Below are positions 1 to 14,106 of a stretch of 64,000 bases of DNA, in pieces (position 1 is the stretch's first letter; each line of letters starts with the position of its first letter). Source of the DNA: Vicugna vicugna (taxonomy: Eukaryota); the NCBI GenBank assembly GCA_013265495.1, contig MU058000.1, positions 3,051,905-3,115,904 on the forward strand, given 5' to 3'. The notes under the pieces are model-generated. The model had not been told where the DNA came from, made no database searches, and saw nothing but the letters and a program-made list of their open reading frames with translations. The position numbers were made by a program, and so were the translations under genes.

Positions 1-300
1 GGTGGAAGATATGACTAGAAACACAAATTTAGGAATCATCAGCAGATAAATGGTATTTAAAAGCATGAAACTGTATGAGATCACCAAAGAAGTGTTATTT
101 TTAGAAAAGGGGAAAGGAGTCCTAGGAACTCTGGTGTTTGGAGGTCAGAGAGATGAAGAACCAGGGCACTGATAAGAAGCATCCGGAGAAACAGGAGGAA
201 AACCAGATGAGGGCAGTGTCATGGTAGCTAATGGAAATAAGTGTTTGCAGTAGGATAGAGTGAACAGAAGTTAAATTCGACTTATTATTCAGTAAAATAG
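1..300 (-). mobile_element. L2 LINE fragment
   Basis: Purine-rich 'aatttaggaatcatcagcagataaatggtatttaaaagcatgaaactgtatgagatcacc' resembles the reverse complement of L2 ORF2. Confidence 0.75.
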
Positions 301-1544
301 GACTATATCAACTTCCTGGGGCTTCATATTTATCAGTAGTAATTCTCAAAACATATGGATAAATACATTTACTCAAAGCAAAATGTATGTGTTTTAAATA
401 TAGAAAAAAGTCAAAGATACATACTGTTTTACAGTTATGCATTTATTTCTTTAAAAAAAAGTAAACCTTTTTTAATCGTGGAAAAATGCTATAAGTCAGA
501 GCACCCTGCTGTGAGGTTTATGTGCCAGAGCGTATTTGAGAAACAGCATGGAATATGTCCACCATTATAGCAGCACGCATTTCCCAAAAGTACATGTCCA
601 CTGAAAATCAACTACCCTTTAAGAAAAATAAATAGTCTTATTCTTAAAGGTTTGTGAATTGCCCTTAGGCAATCTTCATTAATTTGGTTGAGAGCGTAAG
701 GCAAAGAGAACTTATCTACCAGGAACATCTGGCTCTTACACAAGGAATTTACAGCGGTCAATGGACAAGACAACAATCAACGCAGTGAACCAGCATCACA
801 CGAAGTGACCACAACAAGTAGAAGCACTTCAGATAAACTGTAATAAGTTCTTCATGTTTAATATATTTTTCAGAGCTTACCTAGTTGCTTGCTGAGTTTG
901 ACTATTCATCAGGACATGCCAGATTAATATATAGGAGACTATGTATTGAAATATTTCACTAATGAGCAGAGCAAGTGGAAATAAATAGCTGACACCTGTA
1001 GGACATTATGCCATTTTTATGTGTGGAAAATTGCATGGAATTTTGACACTTTTAGAATACTGTTTAAGAGGCACCTCACACATTATGCCATTGGCTTTCC
1101 AATAAACCATTAAATACATTTTTTATTCCTAACATAACTATTTAACTGCTAGACCAACATAACCCTGCCTGAAGCCTCAGTAAATTGTGCAGACATTTCC
1201 ACCCCAAAGTAGTAAGTTCAATAGCCTGGGTGCAGAGATCATTGTATAGTGCAGATTTCAAGCAAGAGGTTAGTGTCTTCGGAATTTCAAGAATAAACCA
1301 CTTTTTATCGTGGGATGCACTCTTCACGTTTGCCTAGTTATTGCAAAAAACATGCAGCAAACTCAGGCTTGAGGCTAGCTTGAGAGTTAGAAGTCAAATC
1401 ACTAGTTTCCAAAGAGATGTTCTGTACTGTGTCTTCCCCCATAGACTGTTAGGAAAACCAAAGAGGATTTTGTATAAAAATACGGAAAACTCATGAATAC
1501 CGTGAAAATGCTCATCTCTTCTCAGAAGTTTAGCTTGATTCACC

Positions 1545-1765
1545 AATCTGACTTAGCTACCTGTGTCTTCTCCCACAGCACTCTGACACTAACCCTAGCA
1601 TGGAGCCTTTCTCTGTTTGGGTTTGGGTTTTCTCTGACTGTAGGTAATGACCTTTAGAGGGTCTTTTATTGAGTGCCTTTAACCTTGTAGGCATCAGAAA
1701 CTCAAAGATGAGTGATTGTTGAATAAATTAATGAGTAAATGCATAAATAAATTAATGAAATAAAT
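1545..1765 (+). mobile_element. L2 3' end fragment
   Basis: 'ttgttgaataaattaatgagtaaatgcataaat' tail typical of the L2 3' terminus. Confidence 0.5.
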
Positions 1766-1941
1766 ACTGGTAAGTGTAGCAGAAAGGGTAGCTTTAAAAA
1801 ATAAGATAGAAATAGCCCTGATATGTACCTATGCATCCCTTGTTAAATTAATTCATTCTCTCATCACCTCACTTCTTCAGTATTAGCATTTTCTTTTATT
1901 GCATCTTTTCTGCGTATTTCCATTAATTGTGTCTATCCATC

Positions 1942-2418
1942 TATATTAGTCTGAGTTTGACAGAAAAACAGAACAAGTAGGTGCTATTTGAATTGGCCTA
2001 CTTGGTTATGGAGGTTGAGAAATCTCAAAACCTGCAGTCAGAAAGCTGGTGACCCAGAAAGCCAATGACATAGTACTAATTCTGGTCCAAAGGCTTGAGA
2101 ATCAGGAGAATCAGTGGTGTAATGTCCAGTCTGTGTCTGGAAGATCCAAAGACAGAAGAACACTAAAATCCCAGCTTGGAGACAGTCAGGGAGAGAGAGA
2201 GAGAATTCTCTCTTACTCAGACTTCGTTCTATTCAGATCCTCAAAGGATTAGGTGAGAACCACTCACACAATGGAGGGCAATTTGTTTTATTCAGTCTAC
2301 AGGCCAAATACTAATTTCATCCAGAAACCTCCTCAAAGACACACCCAGAATAATGTTAACTCAAATATCTTGGCACCCCAAGGCCTAGTTAGGCTGGCAA
2401 ATAAAATTAACCACCACG
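1942..2418 (-). mobile_element. MLT2-family (ERVL) solo LTR
   Basis: Ends 'aaataaaattaaccaccac', matching the reverse complement of the MLT2 start TGTGATGGTTAATTTTAT. Internal 'atggagggcaatttgttttattcagtctac' and 'acacacccagaataatgtt' are MLT2 motifs. Confidence 0.85.
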
Positions 2419-3671
2419 AATTTGTCATGAACATGCACATTCCCCGTACAAATGAACACTGCACTGGAATATGATAATGATGGGAAAGCCTCACTCAGAC
2501 TAGAAAGGAAGAAAAGCGATCCTTAGTCATCAAAAAGTAACCACGATATAAATTTCATCAAAAATAATATTTTTTCATTTTCCTATGTAGTGCTGCGCTA
2601 AATTAAAACACTTAATTCTTCAGTCAAACTAGATATTCAGTAAATGTCAGTTATTGAACTAACTTCTGGAAACACAAGAGGCAAATGCCTAAAGACATGT
2701 GTCCTTTTGAACTTTGTACCTTAGTTAAAAGAACAAACAAGACATTAGTTCAGTGTACATTTTGAGTCCTTTATACAGTTTCCTCTTCAATCGTAAACAA
2801 AGAAGAAGAAGAGAAGAAAAGGGAAAAAAAGTGAAAAAACAGCTGAGATGAATACATAAGAAATCAACATGAATCTTAATATCCCTCAGTGCAGACTTTT
2901 AGCTTCAGTCAACCTCCTTTCTGTGCAGACTTCCACAGTGATAAATTGTCCTTATGTTTCTACTTTTGTGTCCATAGCCACTAGCCATCATTTTCTTTTA
3001 AATACCTCTTAGATATGTGTTAGAAACTATCATGAGTTGAGAAGTAGACTGCCAACAGATAATACTATTATGCTTATCATGGATGGACACTAACTGTCAG
3101 CATAAATGAGATAATTTAATATATATGATTCCTTGGCAATGGAGAGTGAAAGTGTCAGAGCAATGGTAGCATCAGATAATCCAGCTCTTTCACTCTCCAT
3201 TGCTGTCTGCAGTCACATTGTCTCCAGGCTGGATCCTAGCCCAAATTTATGACAACTGCAGGGTTTCTGAAGTTTCTAGAGGTGAAGAGAAGATCCATGT
3301 CCAGTGAAGAGAAGGTTCAGCATGACTGATCTGGCTTAGAGCCCATGGCCTCACCTGCCCTTAGCATGGTGACTGGAAGATGGGAGAACTGGCTGGCTTA
3401 GCTGCCGGCATTCACTCTACCTCAAAAGACAGTGATGGTGCCTAATTTCCCAGCATCACATCACCTCCAAAAATGAACATGTGGGGCTGTTGGGAAGAAG
3501 AGTGCTGGTGGGGAGTAACTGACAAAGATTATCATTGATGCCACAGACAGAAATATTTAAAATATTGGGAAAAATGATCCTAAAACTAAATTCCCTAGGA
3601 AGGAGGTCTAAAACATGTATGATTTGCAATTGAGTTTCTTCAGTTGTTATGACCAGAGTTTTGGCATTTTA

Positions 3672-3826
3672 TTTTATTTTCTTGTTAAATTTTATTTATG
3701 TATTTATGTATTTATTTATTTTTAAGGGAGAGGTAATTAGGTTTTTAAATTTATTTATTTTCACAGAGGCACTAGGGATTGAACCCAGGGCCTCGTGCAG
3801 TCTTCCACTGAGCTATACCCTCCCCC
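3672..3826 (-). mobile_element. tRNA-derived camelid SINE (Vic-1 type)
   Basis: Minus strand reads GGGGAGGGTATAGCTCAGTGG (A box)...GGGTTCAATCCC (B box)...AACCTAATTACCTC, then an A-rich tail. Flanked by imperfect TSD ttttggcatttta / ttttagcatttta. Confidence 0.85.
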
Positions 3827-4684
3827 TACAATTTTAGCATTTTAAATCAGCATCATTGATGGGTTAGTAAACTACTGGTATCCTATATTGTTTATTAGCA
3901 GTGAGCCATAGGGTTGGATAAATTACCTGTTACAGAAAGGTTAATGGGAAATTCTCTCAACAAACCCAGTTTGAAGTACAGTTAAGATAAACTTATATAT
4001 CACATGAGAAAATGGTGTAAAAATAAAATTCTACTAGTGATAATCACCATCTAAATGCTGCTAACAGTTCTGCAAATTCTTCACTAATCTATATTTAATC
4101 ATTAGTTCCCAAACATGAAACCAGTATACAAAAAAAGAGTTGACAATGCTTTTAACTGCATCCTTAAAATCTGGGCTCCAAGATTGGTTAATCAGTTTAG
4201 GATAGTCAATCGTATTCTTTAATAAATGACTTTCTGTTTACTTTCACTTTTCTCTCTATAAAGACAGTTCCATAAGCCTCCAGGAGTTCACGTCTTGACT
4301 ATTTCTATTTAGACATTCCCTGAGAGTAGTTCTTACCAAGACTCAATTCAGTGGCTACTTTGTCTTTAATGGTTTGACTTGATAACCTTGATGAGCCCTT
4401 TGAAAACTCACATTTCTCCTCTTCATAAAGGTTGAATACCAAAATTGGACAATGTGATCCAGCTGCAGAAGGTTCTCTAAAGCAAAGGTCATTGCAAATG
4501 AGACCAAAGAGTGTATTTCTTCCTTAAATTATTGTAAATATACAATAACATTTTCTTGTTAATTCAGTCAGTTAGTTTTCATTAGATTGGGTCCCATTCA
4601 CCTTACCATGAAAGGTATTTATTGTTTCTGATGACCACAATTAGCAATCTATTTTATTAGCCTCAGTTTAAGTTTATTTGGAAA

Positions 4685-4810
4685 TTTCTCTCTCCTTTCC
4701 TTCCCTTCTCCATTCCTCTAATACCCCTTTCCTTCCTTCCATCCTTCCTTCCTTCTTTCCATCCTCCTTCCTTCATTCCTTCCTTCACTCCTTCCATCCT
4801 ACCTTCCATC
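4685..4810. repeat. Degenerate (TTCC)n polypyrimidine tract
   Basis: Directly visible ttcc/tcca repeats. Confidence 0.9.
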
Positions 4811-7800
4811 AGCCCAGATTTAACTAAATTATAATTTATTGGAATCATATTCCAATGACATGAAATGCCGCACTGAGAGGTAAAGCTCTGTTGCATGACT
4901 TTATACTCCATGTGATCTCATTCTGAGGTTGAAGTTAAACTGCTCTTAATGGCTCCTATGTGTGATGAGACCACAAAACTTCCCATTGTCTGGAGCACAC
5001 TGCTTTAGTCTCATTAAGATGTCACTTTGTCTAAATATGAATCTATGTCTGCATTATCTCAATTCTTGGCATATTGCTTTAAAATAACATTGTGTCAAGT
5101 GTGTCAGACGACATGGCACTGTTCACAACGTGTCCACAGTATCTAGACAAGTTTGGAAATTCTTCCAGACAAACTGATCCACGTGTTTTGTTTTTTTACC
5201 ACTGATGACTCATCCGTGAGGGCAGGGCCCTTGGCTTGTTAGCAGTTTCCACCCTACATTCAAGTTCATTCAACATGTCAGTTCAACAATGTGTGATGTG
5301 TCAACTTCAAAAATTAAACAAACCAGACAACATAGCACTTGGACTACAAAGAAATTGGTTTGTTTCCCAACCTTCCATTGCTGGCAAAACTGCTTTACTT
5401 TTGTTCCCCACGTATCCCACATCTGGCTCAAGTCCAACTTCTGTTTTCTGTTTATTCATCAGAAACTCGTTTTAGCAGCTGAGCAACATACCCAAAGATT
5501 TTCTCATGTAAAGATTTGGCCTCTTTATGCAAATGCTTTCGTTTCTGACTCAGGGGTTATCAAAAATTTTAGGTTTTTTTTTTCTTTAGAAAAATTATCA
5601 TAGCATATAAGGCACATAATTGTTTCTCAATAAATTGAATTATTAGTTATTTCTTATTTCTAAATCTAAGAACCTCACTTCCACAGGAAGCTCTTTGGTA
5701 TAAGTAAAACGTGAATGTTCAACATTGGAACTGGAAATTAAAGGTATATATGATAAATCATGTCCACCGGTATGTGTACACACAAGAAAATGTGGCAAAC
5801 CGAAAAAATGAATTCAGTTTGGGTTATTTGCTCACTCACTTACCCACCTTAAAGAAGAAAAGATTCGTGCTTGCTTGGTTGGCTTCCTGGCCCTCTTTTC
5901 AGGTACCACATCTTAGTAATGAAACAAACAACAGAAAAATGGAAAGACAACAAAGAAACTTCTGCTCCACTAGCAAACAGCTGAGTTAAAAGGGGAGAAT
6001 GAGAGCTGGAAGCAATCCAGCTTGGTCTGCAATGAAACAGTCACTAGGATGAACTCGGATGAGATACTGAGTCAGTCATATAGAGAATGCGCCTGCAGAA
6101 ACAGTTGAAAAACACTGAGACATTTCAACTTACTCAGTAAATGACACATGCCATTTTCATGTAACACGAAAACAAAGAAGTGGAACTACTTTTAGTTTTT
6201 ATTGCTTGGTAAGCCAATACATTTATTACTACAGCCTTGTCATGTCAAGACAGGGTGACAGATAATAAGATATTACACAGGTTGCACACATTAATGTGTA
6301 TATTTACAAAATGTTAATAGCTGTCACTTCTCAAGAGAAAGTTGAAGAAAGGTGAGGACAGATTTCTGCATTTACTCTCGGCATGGCCATCTGATGAATA
6401 TTTTAAGTAAGCATACATTACTTTGTCAGTTTGAAAACAAACAAATTTTGTATAAATTATAACCCCTAAAATACTGATATTTTGTTAATCTAGTTGGCAG
6501 GTATCATTCAGTAAAGAGACAGTTATCACTTTAGTGATAATCGCTTACAGCAGGTGAATAGTGTTAGAGGAAGATCACACAATTCTAGACAACGCTACTG
6601 CAGAAAATTCTGGAAATGTTCACCTTATCCCAAATCCACCTGAACCTCTCTCTCAGATCCACTGTCCCTCCTAAGGAAAGCGTTTTGTAAGACAGGCTTT
6701 TTGAATGAGTTGCTTCCAGTCCTCCTTGAGGTATTGTTTCACCATGACCGTAATTCATCACTAATCCAGAGAGTTGTTTGTTTGTTTGCTTCCTTTTTTA
6801 CCATATCTTTGAGTGCTGCCAAATAATTCTCAGGCTTGTAATTAGTCCTTTGAGGCTCTCAGTCTCCTTTGATTTCAAAATACACTTTATTTCTCAGGCA
6901 AATCCTAATGAAAAGTTACTAGGAAGAGTCACGGATGGAAAAGATTGAGATGTGTTACTGAAAATGTGAAAAAAGAATCTCAGAATAGATACTGTGGGTG
7001 CTGCTTCTTTATGTTGGGAAATTCTCAAATAATGATACTGCTGGAAAACAACACTCTTACGTACATAGATGCTCAAATATCACACCAATATCTGTTACAT
7101 GGATCAGAATTAAACTGAAAAATATCTATTATAAAGAAGAAGGGTCTCCCTCATCACAGAGAAGCAAGCACAAGTAAGCCTTTTTTTAAGCTGCCCCTCT
7201 TTAGAACAAATTAGTCATTTTTACAGAGATATATGTTATATGACTGAATAGAAATGTTTATATTATCTCTATGCTATCTCCCACATGTGTTTGAAACAGA
7301 AGAGCCGAAGTTGCCTTTTTCTTGCCTGAAAGGTAGAACCAGTACTGTGTCCTTCTCTGTGTGTTTCTTCTTGTATGATTTAGACTCCAGTGGCAGGTGG
7401 AATTCAAAACTCTGTATCAGACTAGTATCAAGAGTTCCCAGATCATGCTACGAAAACTAATTTTATGGATGTTTTCAGAAATTAAGTCTATAATCTTATA
7501 CTAAAAAACACAGAGACTTACAAGCAGCATAATCTCTTAAACACATTAAATATCAATATATTTTTTCTGATTTATGGAAAAACGTATGCTCACTTCACAA
7601 AAATCGTAACATAGAGAGAAAGTCCTTTGCTGCCAATGGAAAGAGCATAGCCAACAAGATGCCCAGCCAGAACAGAAGAAATAGAGATTTTTCTATTAAG
7701 GGATCATCCTCAACTCAATCTCCCCGACACCCTGGTTCTCCCAACACACATGAAACAGCCCCGCATTTCAACACCAGCATTCCATTGGCTATTTCAAGGT

Positions 7801-8134
7801 TAAAATTAAACAATGAGTAAGAATGTGCTTTGAAACTGGCAAATACTGTACAAAAGCATGAAACATTATTAATTGTGACACCGAGCAATAAAGAGGATTG
7901 ATGTGATCGTCTTCTCAAATGTCACATGGTAGCTGTGCTTCCAAACTTTCCAGATAATGAAAAGAATGCATCTCTGCATTTGCATATACTTTTGTGCAAA
8001 TAACTCATTGACTGTGTTTTAAACGTGCTCTTCACATTCCTTTCAGAAGAGGTGAAACTTTATGTGGAAAATGACATTTATTTTATTTGTCCATAACTCA
8101 TCTCTTTGTGAACTTTAATTTCTAGTGTGCCATG

Positions 8135-8535
8135 TGTTATGACCTGCATTCTGTACCCCGCAAATTCATATGTTGAAGCCCTAACCCCTAAGAAATAGTT
8201 CAGAATTTGAAGGTAATTGGACATAGAGTCTTTGAAACCAAGATTATATTAAGATAAGGCTATTAGGGTGGGCCTTAATCCAGTCTGACTGGTGCTTTTA
8301 TAAAAAGAGGAAATTTGAACACGGAGAGACACAGGGGTGCACTCACTTAGAGGAAAGATTTTGTGAAGATGGGGAGAAGGCAGCCATCTGCAAATCAAAG
8401 ACAGAGGCCTCCGGAAAAAACCAGCTCTGCTGACACCTTGATCTCAGACTTCAGAAGTATGAGAAAAGGAACTTCAGTCATTTAAGCTACCCAGTCTCTG
8501 GAAGTTTGTGGAGTCAACCTTAGCAGACTAACATA
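8135..8535 (+). mobile_element. MLT1B-like MaLR solo LTR
   Basis: Reads 'tgttatg...aaattcatatgttgaagccctaacccc', 'attagggtgggccttaatcc', 'ctgctgacaccttgatctcagacttc' and ends 'gcagactaacata'. Possible 5-bp TSD ccatg/ccagg. Confidence 0.9.
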
Positions 8536-10839
8536 CCAGGATACCAAGAAAAGGTTGTGTCCACTGTAGTTGTATCTATAATGAATCTATAAACCATAAA
8601 CATTTCTTATGTCCATACTTGCCTCTCAAAACAGTAGCATGCTCACTTTTCAGGAGATGTTTTCTATAAATAAGTTTTAAAAGTCATATCTCAAATTAGG
8701 ACTTGGTGCCAGGCTTTCTGTGTGTTCCACCAAGAAGATACACGTTGCTATTGAAACGGTCCTGGGTGCCTTCTGCCACTTTAGCCTCGGATGCTCGCCA
8801 CCCAGGTCGACCCGTGCACAGCCAGTGGGGGAAGGAGCCCTTGGGATCCGCAGGCTGTGGATTCATCTCACACTTCTGCCCAGACTCTGATTCTGCTCTG
8901 CAACAATACATCAGATGAGGTCATTCCAAAAGGGCTCACAGACAAATTACTCCATGGGCAGGTGCTTTGGTAAAGCTATATTTATGGGAATTACTCCTCA
9001 TTTCCCATTGCTATTATACCTGTGCCTTTTAAAGTCTATGAATTTTGGCCTGGGGGAGGGAAAAAAAAGCTTCTTTTATAGTCAAGGTTTCTACAGATGT
9101 CTTTTGTGGGTTGATGGGACCTTCCTGGCATTTCACTCCGTGGCCCCATCTCACATAAGCAGTGTAAGCGCCTGTGTCCTTAGTCCATGTGTATGTGTAG
9201 GATTCATTCTGCTATTTATCTCTTCCTTCATCCAAGGCTGTATTTGTTGTGAGTGATAAAATTCAAGCAGAAGGTTGTTTTAAAAGCTTCAACCTCAGAC
9301 TTAATTAAAATGTCTGTTTATCACCAAACATAACAAGCCATAAATTATGTGGATGTTTCCATTTCCTTGGCTCTGAAACCATGTCACTAGGATCGATATA
9401 AATTTGCCTTCACTCATGTACAGAAACAGTCCTGAAAGTGACAGTTCAGTGATATCTCCTCCCTCAATGGAATTGAAGAAACTGCAGATGGAAGGCTGAC
9501 TGTGGCGTCTAAATAGGAAGTTTAGAACCAGAGGGCAGACAGGTCCCCAAGCAGGGAAGGGAAACTCGTAAAGAGCTTAAAATAAGATAAAAGATTATGA
9601 AGAAACATAGGGCAGCCATGGAGTTCTGTCATTCACTTTGCCACAGCAAAGTACCAAAACACAAAACAAACAAACAAAATCATAGAGAAGCGATTAAAGC
9701 GTAGTAGGGATTTTCCTTAAAGGGAAAAACTCCACAGAAAGTGTTTGCATGTCCACCAACAGAAAATCAAAGAAGGATCCTCTATCCATATCTGAGAGAT
9801 GAATATGTAAATATTACGAAGAAAAAAAAGAAAGAGTAAAAGAGCAAGAGACTGACTGACATTTGTAATAAATTCGACTTTTGACATTTGTAAATAAATA
9901 AACTCTCTTACTTTTGAACTTTTGAAACTTGTAAAGAAATAAACTCTCTTACAGCTAACCCTAAAGCTCATGTGAGCTGTCTTTGGACCATGGGTGAAAT
10001 GTGATTATTTTCAACAGCTTCATCTCTTATTGAAAACTCCCAGATAGAATGGAATCAAGCCCTCTGCTGCTTTGGCTGAAGAAAGGGCTGTAAGAGCTGG
10101 ATAAATTTGCCCTGTTAGAATTCTCAAACGCAAGGTGGCCGGAATAGATTTCTGAGTAGCTAAGAAACATGACCACCTCTTTTCCTCATTAAAGTATAAA
10201 AACATGCTTTCGCTTGTCTGGATTTCATGAGCTCTTGCTTGCAGCTACAGAATTGGCATGTGCTGGGGCCACAATTTGTTTGAACTTGGCGGTCTTTATG
10301 GACCATTTTAATTAATTTTCTTTGTCACATTCCATATAGTTCCTTTACTGCATCCCAGGGACTATGTAGAGGTGCCCCAGGGTGGCTCATTTAACACCTG
10401 AAATTTCTGTTTTTTTTATGTCTTAGGTTGACTAGTGGGCAATGATGTGCTGAGCGTGGCTTAGAAAATGCCCGTAGCAAGCATTCGCTTCCAGATGAAT
10501 ATGTGTTAAGAACTCTTAATAAGGATCGCCTATTTCCTTTGAAGTTTCTGGGCAGGACCTCTTGTAATTCCCTGTGTTGCTTTTGTTCAGCCAGAATATA
10601 GAGCTGCCCCGATGTTTGTTCTCAGCTCAGATCTCATTAGCTTGGTGTTTGCATTCACTACTTATGTAATGATGAAGAATTTTTGATTTGAATAAGGCCA
10701 CTGGGAATTTATACACGTGTGTGTGTACATGATTTGATTAGAAATTCTCTGTGCACTTAGGACTGAGATGCAGAGAAATGAAGACATAATAGTAAACCCC
10801 TATCTCTGCGCCAGGGCAATGATACCATGGATGAATCGC

Positions 10840-11185
10840 ACACCAGACCTTCAATTCCCTCACCTATAAACGCAGTGACAAGAGTGCTTTGGGGACAGAA
10901 TTACTCTGTGGGTGACATTCAAGAATAGGTAGGAAAGTACCTGGTAAACTGTAAAGCGATATAAACATAATAGTTGTTTTACAGTCAGGAAACCAGCATA
11001 GCAGACAGACTCAAGTCTGAGTTCATTTCCATCACTTACTGTCTATCTTCTCCTGCCTCAGTGATTCTCATCTGTAAAGTGGGGGTAACGGAGCATCTCC
11101 TCATGGATTATTGGGAGGAATGGATGTAATTCAAGCATTTACACAATGCCATAGTGGAAGGAGTATTTAGTTAATGATCATTGTA
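10840..11185 (+). mobile_element. Two adjacent MIR fragments
   Basis: Core 'tgcctcagtgattctcatctgtaaagtgggg' and the MIR3-like end 'gtaaactgtaaagcgatataaa'. Confidence 0.7.
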
Positions 11186-12925
11186 TCACTCTGTGAGGAC
11201 CAAGTCCTCCACCTCTGATGGACACCTTGTGTAAGGAATCATTAAATTTAATCATTAAAGACTTTAGATGTCAGGGAGGGGTCTGCCTCTTCTTTCAAAA
11301 GTACCCCTTTAACAAAATCAGCCATCACAATACAAGGAAAGATTTTCCTTGCAGGTCACATGCATCACATCAGTCCTTGTACGTTCATAGATCAGGACAG
11401 AATGGGAGGGATGAGGTAAACCACTGCACAGTTTCTGAAAGCCAGGGCAGAAGGGAAAAGCAGCCAAATATATAGATATAGTCTGGTAAGTTCCAGAATT
11501 TGTCAGATTAGGTGAAGGAGGCAGCACAGGATCCAAAACACATTAACGAATAAATAAATGAAAGAATGAGTGAATAAATGAATTTGTGAGGAACAGCTAG
11601 ATGTGCTAATTATGGGAGTGAGCTACAGGGAAAAAAAAGATGTAACACGAATGGAAAGCATGAGGAGTAACTGCTGTACACAATTGTGCACCATGTGACG
11701 AAAGGAGGTGCATCCAGGTGAGAGAAACCAGAGAAGATGCTAAAGATCAGATGCAGAGTTCAAGTGGAAGTTTCCTTCATTGTGGCACCTTGATAACTAG
11801 CCTCCTCACTTCCACACACATCCACTTGCCCTCCATCATTGTCTTCACCACCTCTCACATTTTCCTCTGAAGTTAAGCTACAGTCACCATGTCCTAAAAG
11901 TGATAATTTTTAAATTTGAGCAGACTACTAAAAGACATTCAGATCTATTAGAGGTGCCTTCTTTAAAAGAATAATCAATTAACACATTTTTTTTAATTGA
12001 GAATATGTCATATGTTATGCAGGATGGAAACAAACTCTGAAGACCAAAATCCTACCTGTCAAAGTGCAGCTGTAATCGAAACAGGGGTGCACATATGGGT
12101 GCCGTCTTTTTCCTAAGTGTGAAAAAGAGGATTGGAGCATCATGATCAAACCGTAAACTGGGATGGACAAATTTTCTCTCTCTCTCTCCTCCAGTTTACT
12201 GGGCACCTGCTGTCTTCCCACCTCGCATCAGGGACTAAGACAGATAACTTCCAGTTACTGAAACAGGAAATTGTAGAGGGCGCCATCCAACCGTCAAGGG
12301 AGCTGTACAAACAGCTACACCTCTTCGTACATTTCCCACGCTGATGGGTGTAGTTCATACTCATTCGACATCCTGTCGGAGAGACACAGCCTTTTCACTC
12401 CCTCCACCCTCTCATTTCCCCCGAATCCAACTCTTACTCTCATATATGATCTTTCACTTGGCCGAGCATCAGGCTTTCCCTTTTATTCAACCTTAGCCGT
12501 CCCTAATTCAGCAGGAAGGCTGTGGGGAACCACAAGCAACCCAGCACACCATGGAAATAAAAATAAAACCAGTTTTGGTAGAAAAACAGTCCAGTACTGA
12601 GCCAAGGAAATCAATCATTAGGCTTAGGTGTCAATCAGTTGGCCTGCCTTCCAGACAAGATCTGGACCAACCTTCAGTAGTCGACTGTGAGTCCCAGTTT
12701 TCCATGACTCTTGCCATTTACCACGATGCTTCATTGGGGATATTCCTCCCATCTTCTCATTTTATTGCTTGTTTTCTATGCTATTTTTTATTTCTCCTTT
12801 AACAATTTGGCACATATTTTTCATAAGAATTAAGTCACTTATGGGTAATTATAATTTGTCTTCATCCTACCGGTGACTATCTTGAAACTGAGTGCCAATG
12901 TGGATTGTTAGGGCCACTAAGCCAG

Positions 12926-13342
12926 TGTGTTTGGTTGGCTCAGCTAAGTGTTCTTAGAAGCAACTCCCAAATTTCAGAGGCTTAACACAGTGGAGGCTCG
13001 TTTCTCGCTCATGTAACACATCAGTGCAGGTGTTTGATGGTGATTTGAGGACCCTGGCTCCTTCCATCTGTGACTTCGTCATACCCTTGTGCCTTATTGC
13101 TTTCTCCTGGAACTCTGCATCTTAACTGGAAATAAAGGGAAAGAGAATGTGGAGAACCAATGTAACAGCATTTACGGGCCAGCACTGGAGGTGAGGAACA
13201 CCACTCCTGCTCTCACTCCATTAGCTAGGACTCAGATAACCTGCCGTATATAACAGAAGGGACAAAGGGACATGCAGGCTACCTTGAACCCAGTGAGAAA
13301 GTGAAACATGTTGAAGAAAAATCAGTCAACTTCTTTCTATCA
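12926..13342 (-). mobile_element. Old MLT1 (K/L-like) LTR, putative 3' LTR
   Basis: 'caactcccaaatttcagaggcttaacaca', 'ctggctccttccatctgtg' and 'cactcctgctctcactccattagctagga' resemble old MLT1 LTRs in reverse. Confidence 0.7.
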
Positions 13343-13939
13343 TGGTCTACATCTTGGGACCACTTTTTGGACTACACCAAGTCCACTTTTGCCTCTGATT
13401 TTGGAACTTACTGTTTTAATGCTTGAGCAATCAGATGATTTTTGGAAGAGCAGAGAGTCTGGGCTGATTTTTTTTTTTTTTGAAATACAGTTCCTTCAAA
13501 AACTTAGAATGCTTCTGATCCAGGCAATTCTTATTCCAATAACTTCACCTGCAATTCTTTTCTAGACATAATTCTTCAACCTAATTTACTTAATCAAGCT
13601 AATGTTGGCTATCTTGAAGCGCTTTGGGAAATTAAAGCTAGGTCAGAAGGAAAGATAACAGCCGTAATCAGATATTTGATATTCGACCTTTTTAACCAAG
13701 GAATCTTTCTGGGTCTTTGAAATTCATGATCTATTTTAGTTTAATATCTTACTATTTCCCTTTCAGAAGGAATTGTTGTTGTTGTTTTTCCCCAAAGCTT
13801 TAAGGCTCTCGATCTCTAGACTTTCCCATATTTTCAATCTCTTGTTAAAAATCAGATAATTCTCACCTGGGAGCATCTCTTTCTTATCATACTTTAAACT
13901 GGAAAGCTAATAATAATCAAAACACAGCATCAGTCTGAT

Positions 13940-14106
13940 TCTATCCAATGACTTACCCTGGAGCTATGGACTCAGTAACCATGTTATCTACAAGACACCT
14001 TTATGGGCAATATTCTGTGTTTGGGTGGTTGCTGCCCAACAGCTAAACCACTACCATGTAATTTAGGTTTTTGTTATACGGTATTCCAATTGAAAGTACT
14101 ACTTTC
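13940..14106 (-). mobile_element. MaLR internal (MLT1-int) 5' remnant
   Basis: 'atttaggtttttgttatacggtattccaattgaaagtactactttc' abuts the next LTR and resembles the reverse complement of the MLT-int start. Confidence 0.55.

Noticed and set aside
3760..3826. tRNA-like sequence
   Set aside because: It is the head of a SINE with tail and TSD; the anticodon region is deleted and no full cloverleaf forms.
6523..6540. Inverted GATA pair ttatcact-tt-agtgataa
   Set aside because: 8-bp arms are expected by chance in AT-rich DNA of this length.
10665..10772. Possible C/D-box snoRNA (ATGATGA at 10669, CTGA at 10763, 4-bp terminal stem)
   Set aside because: Short motifs are expected by chance, the interior includes a TG repeat, and I recognise no rRNA/snRNA guide sequence. 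An Rfam or snoscan search would settle it.
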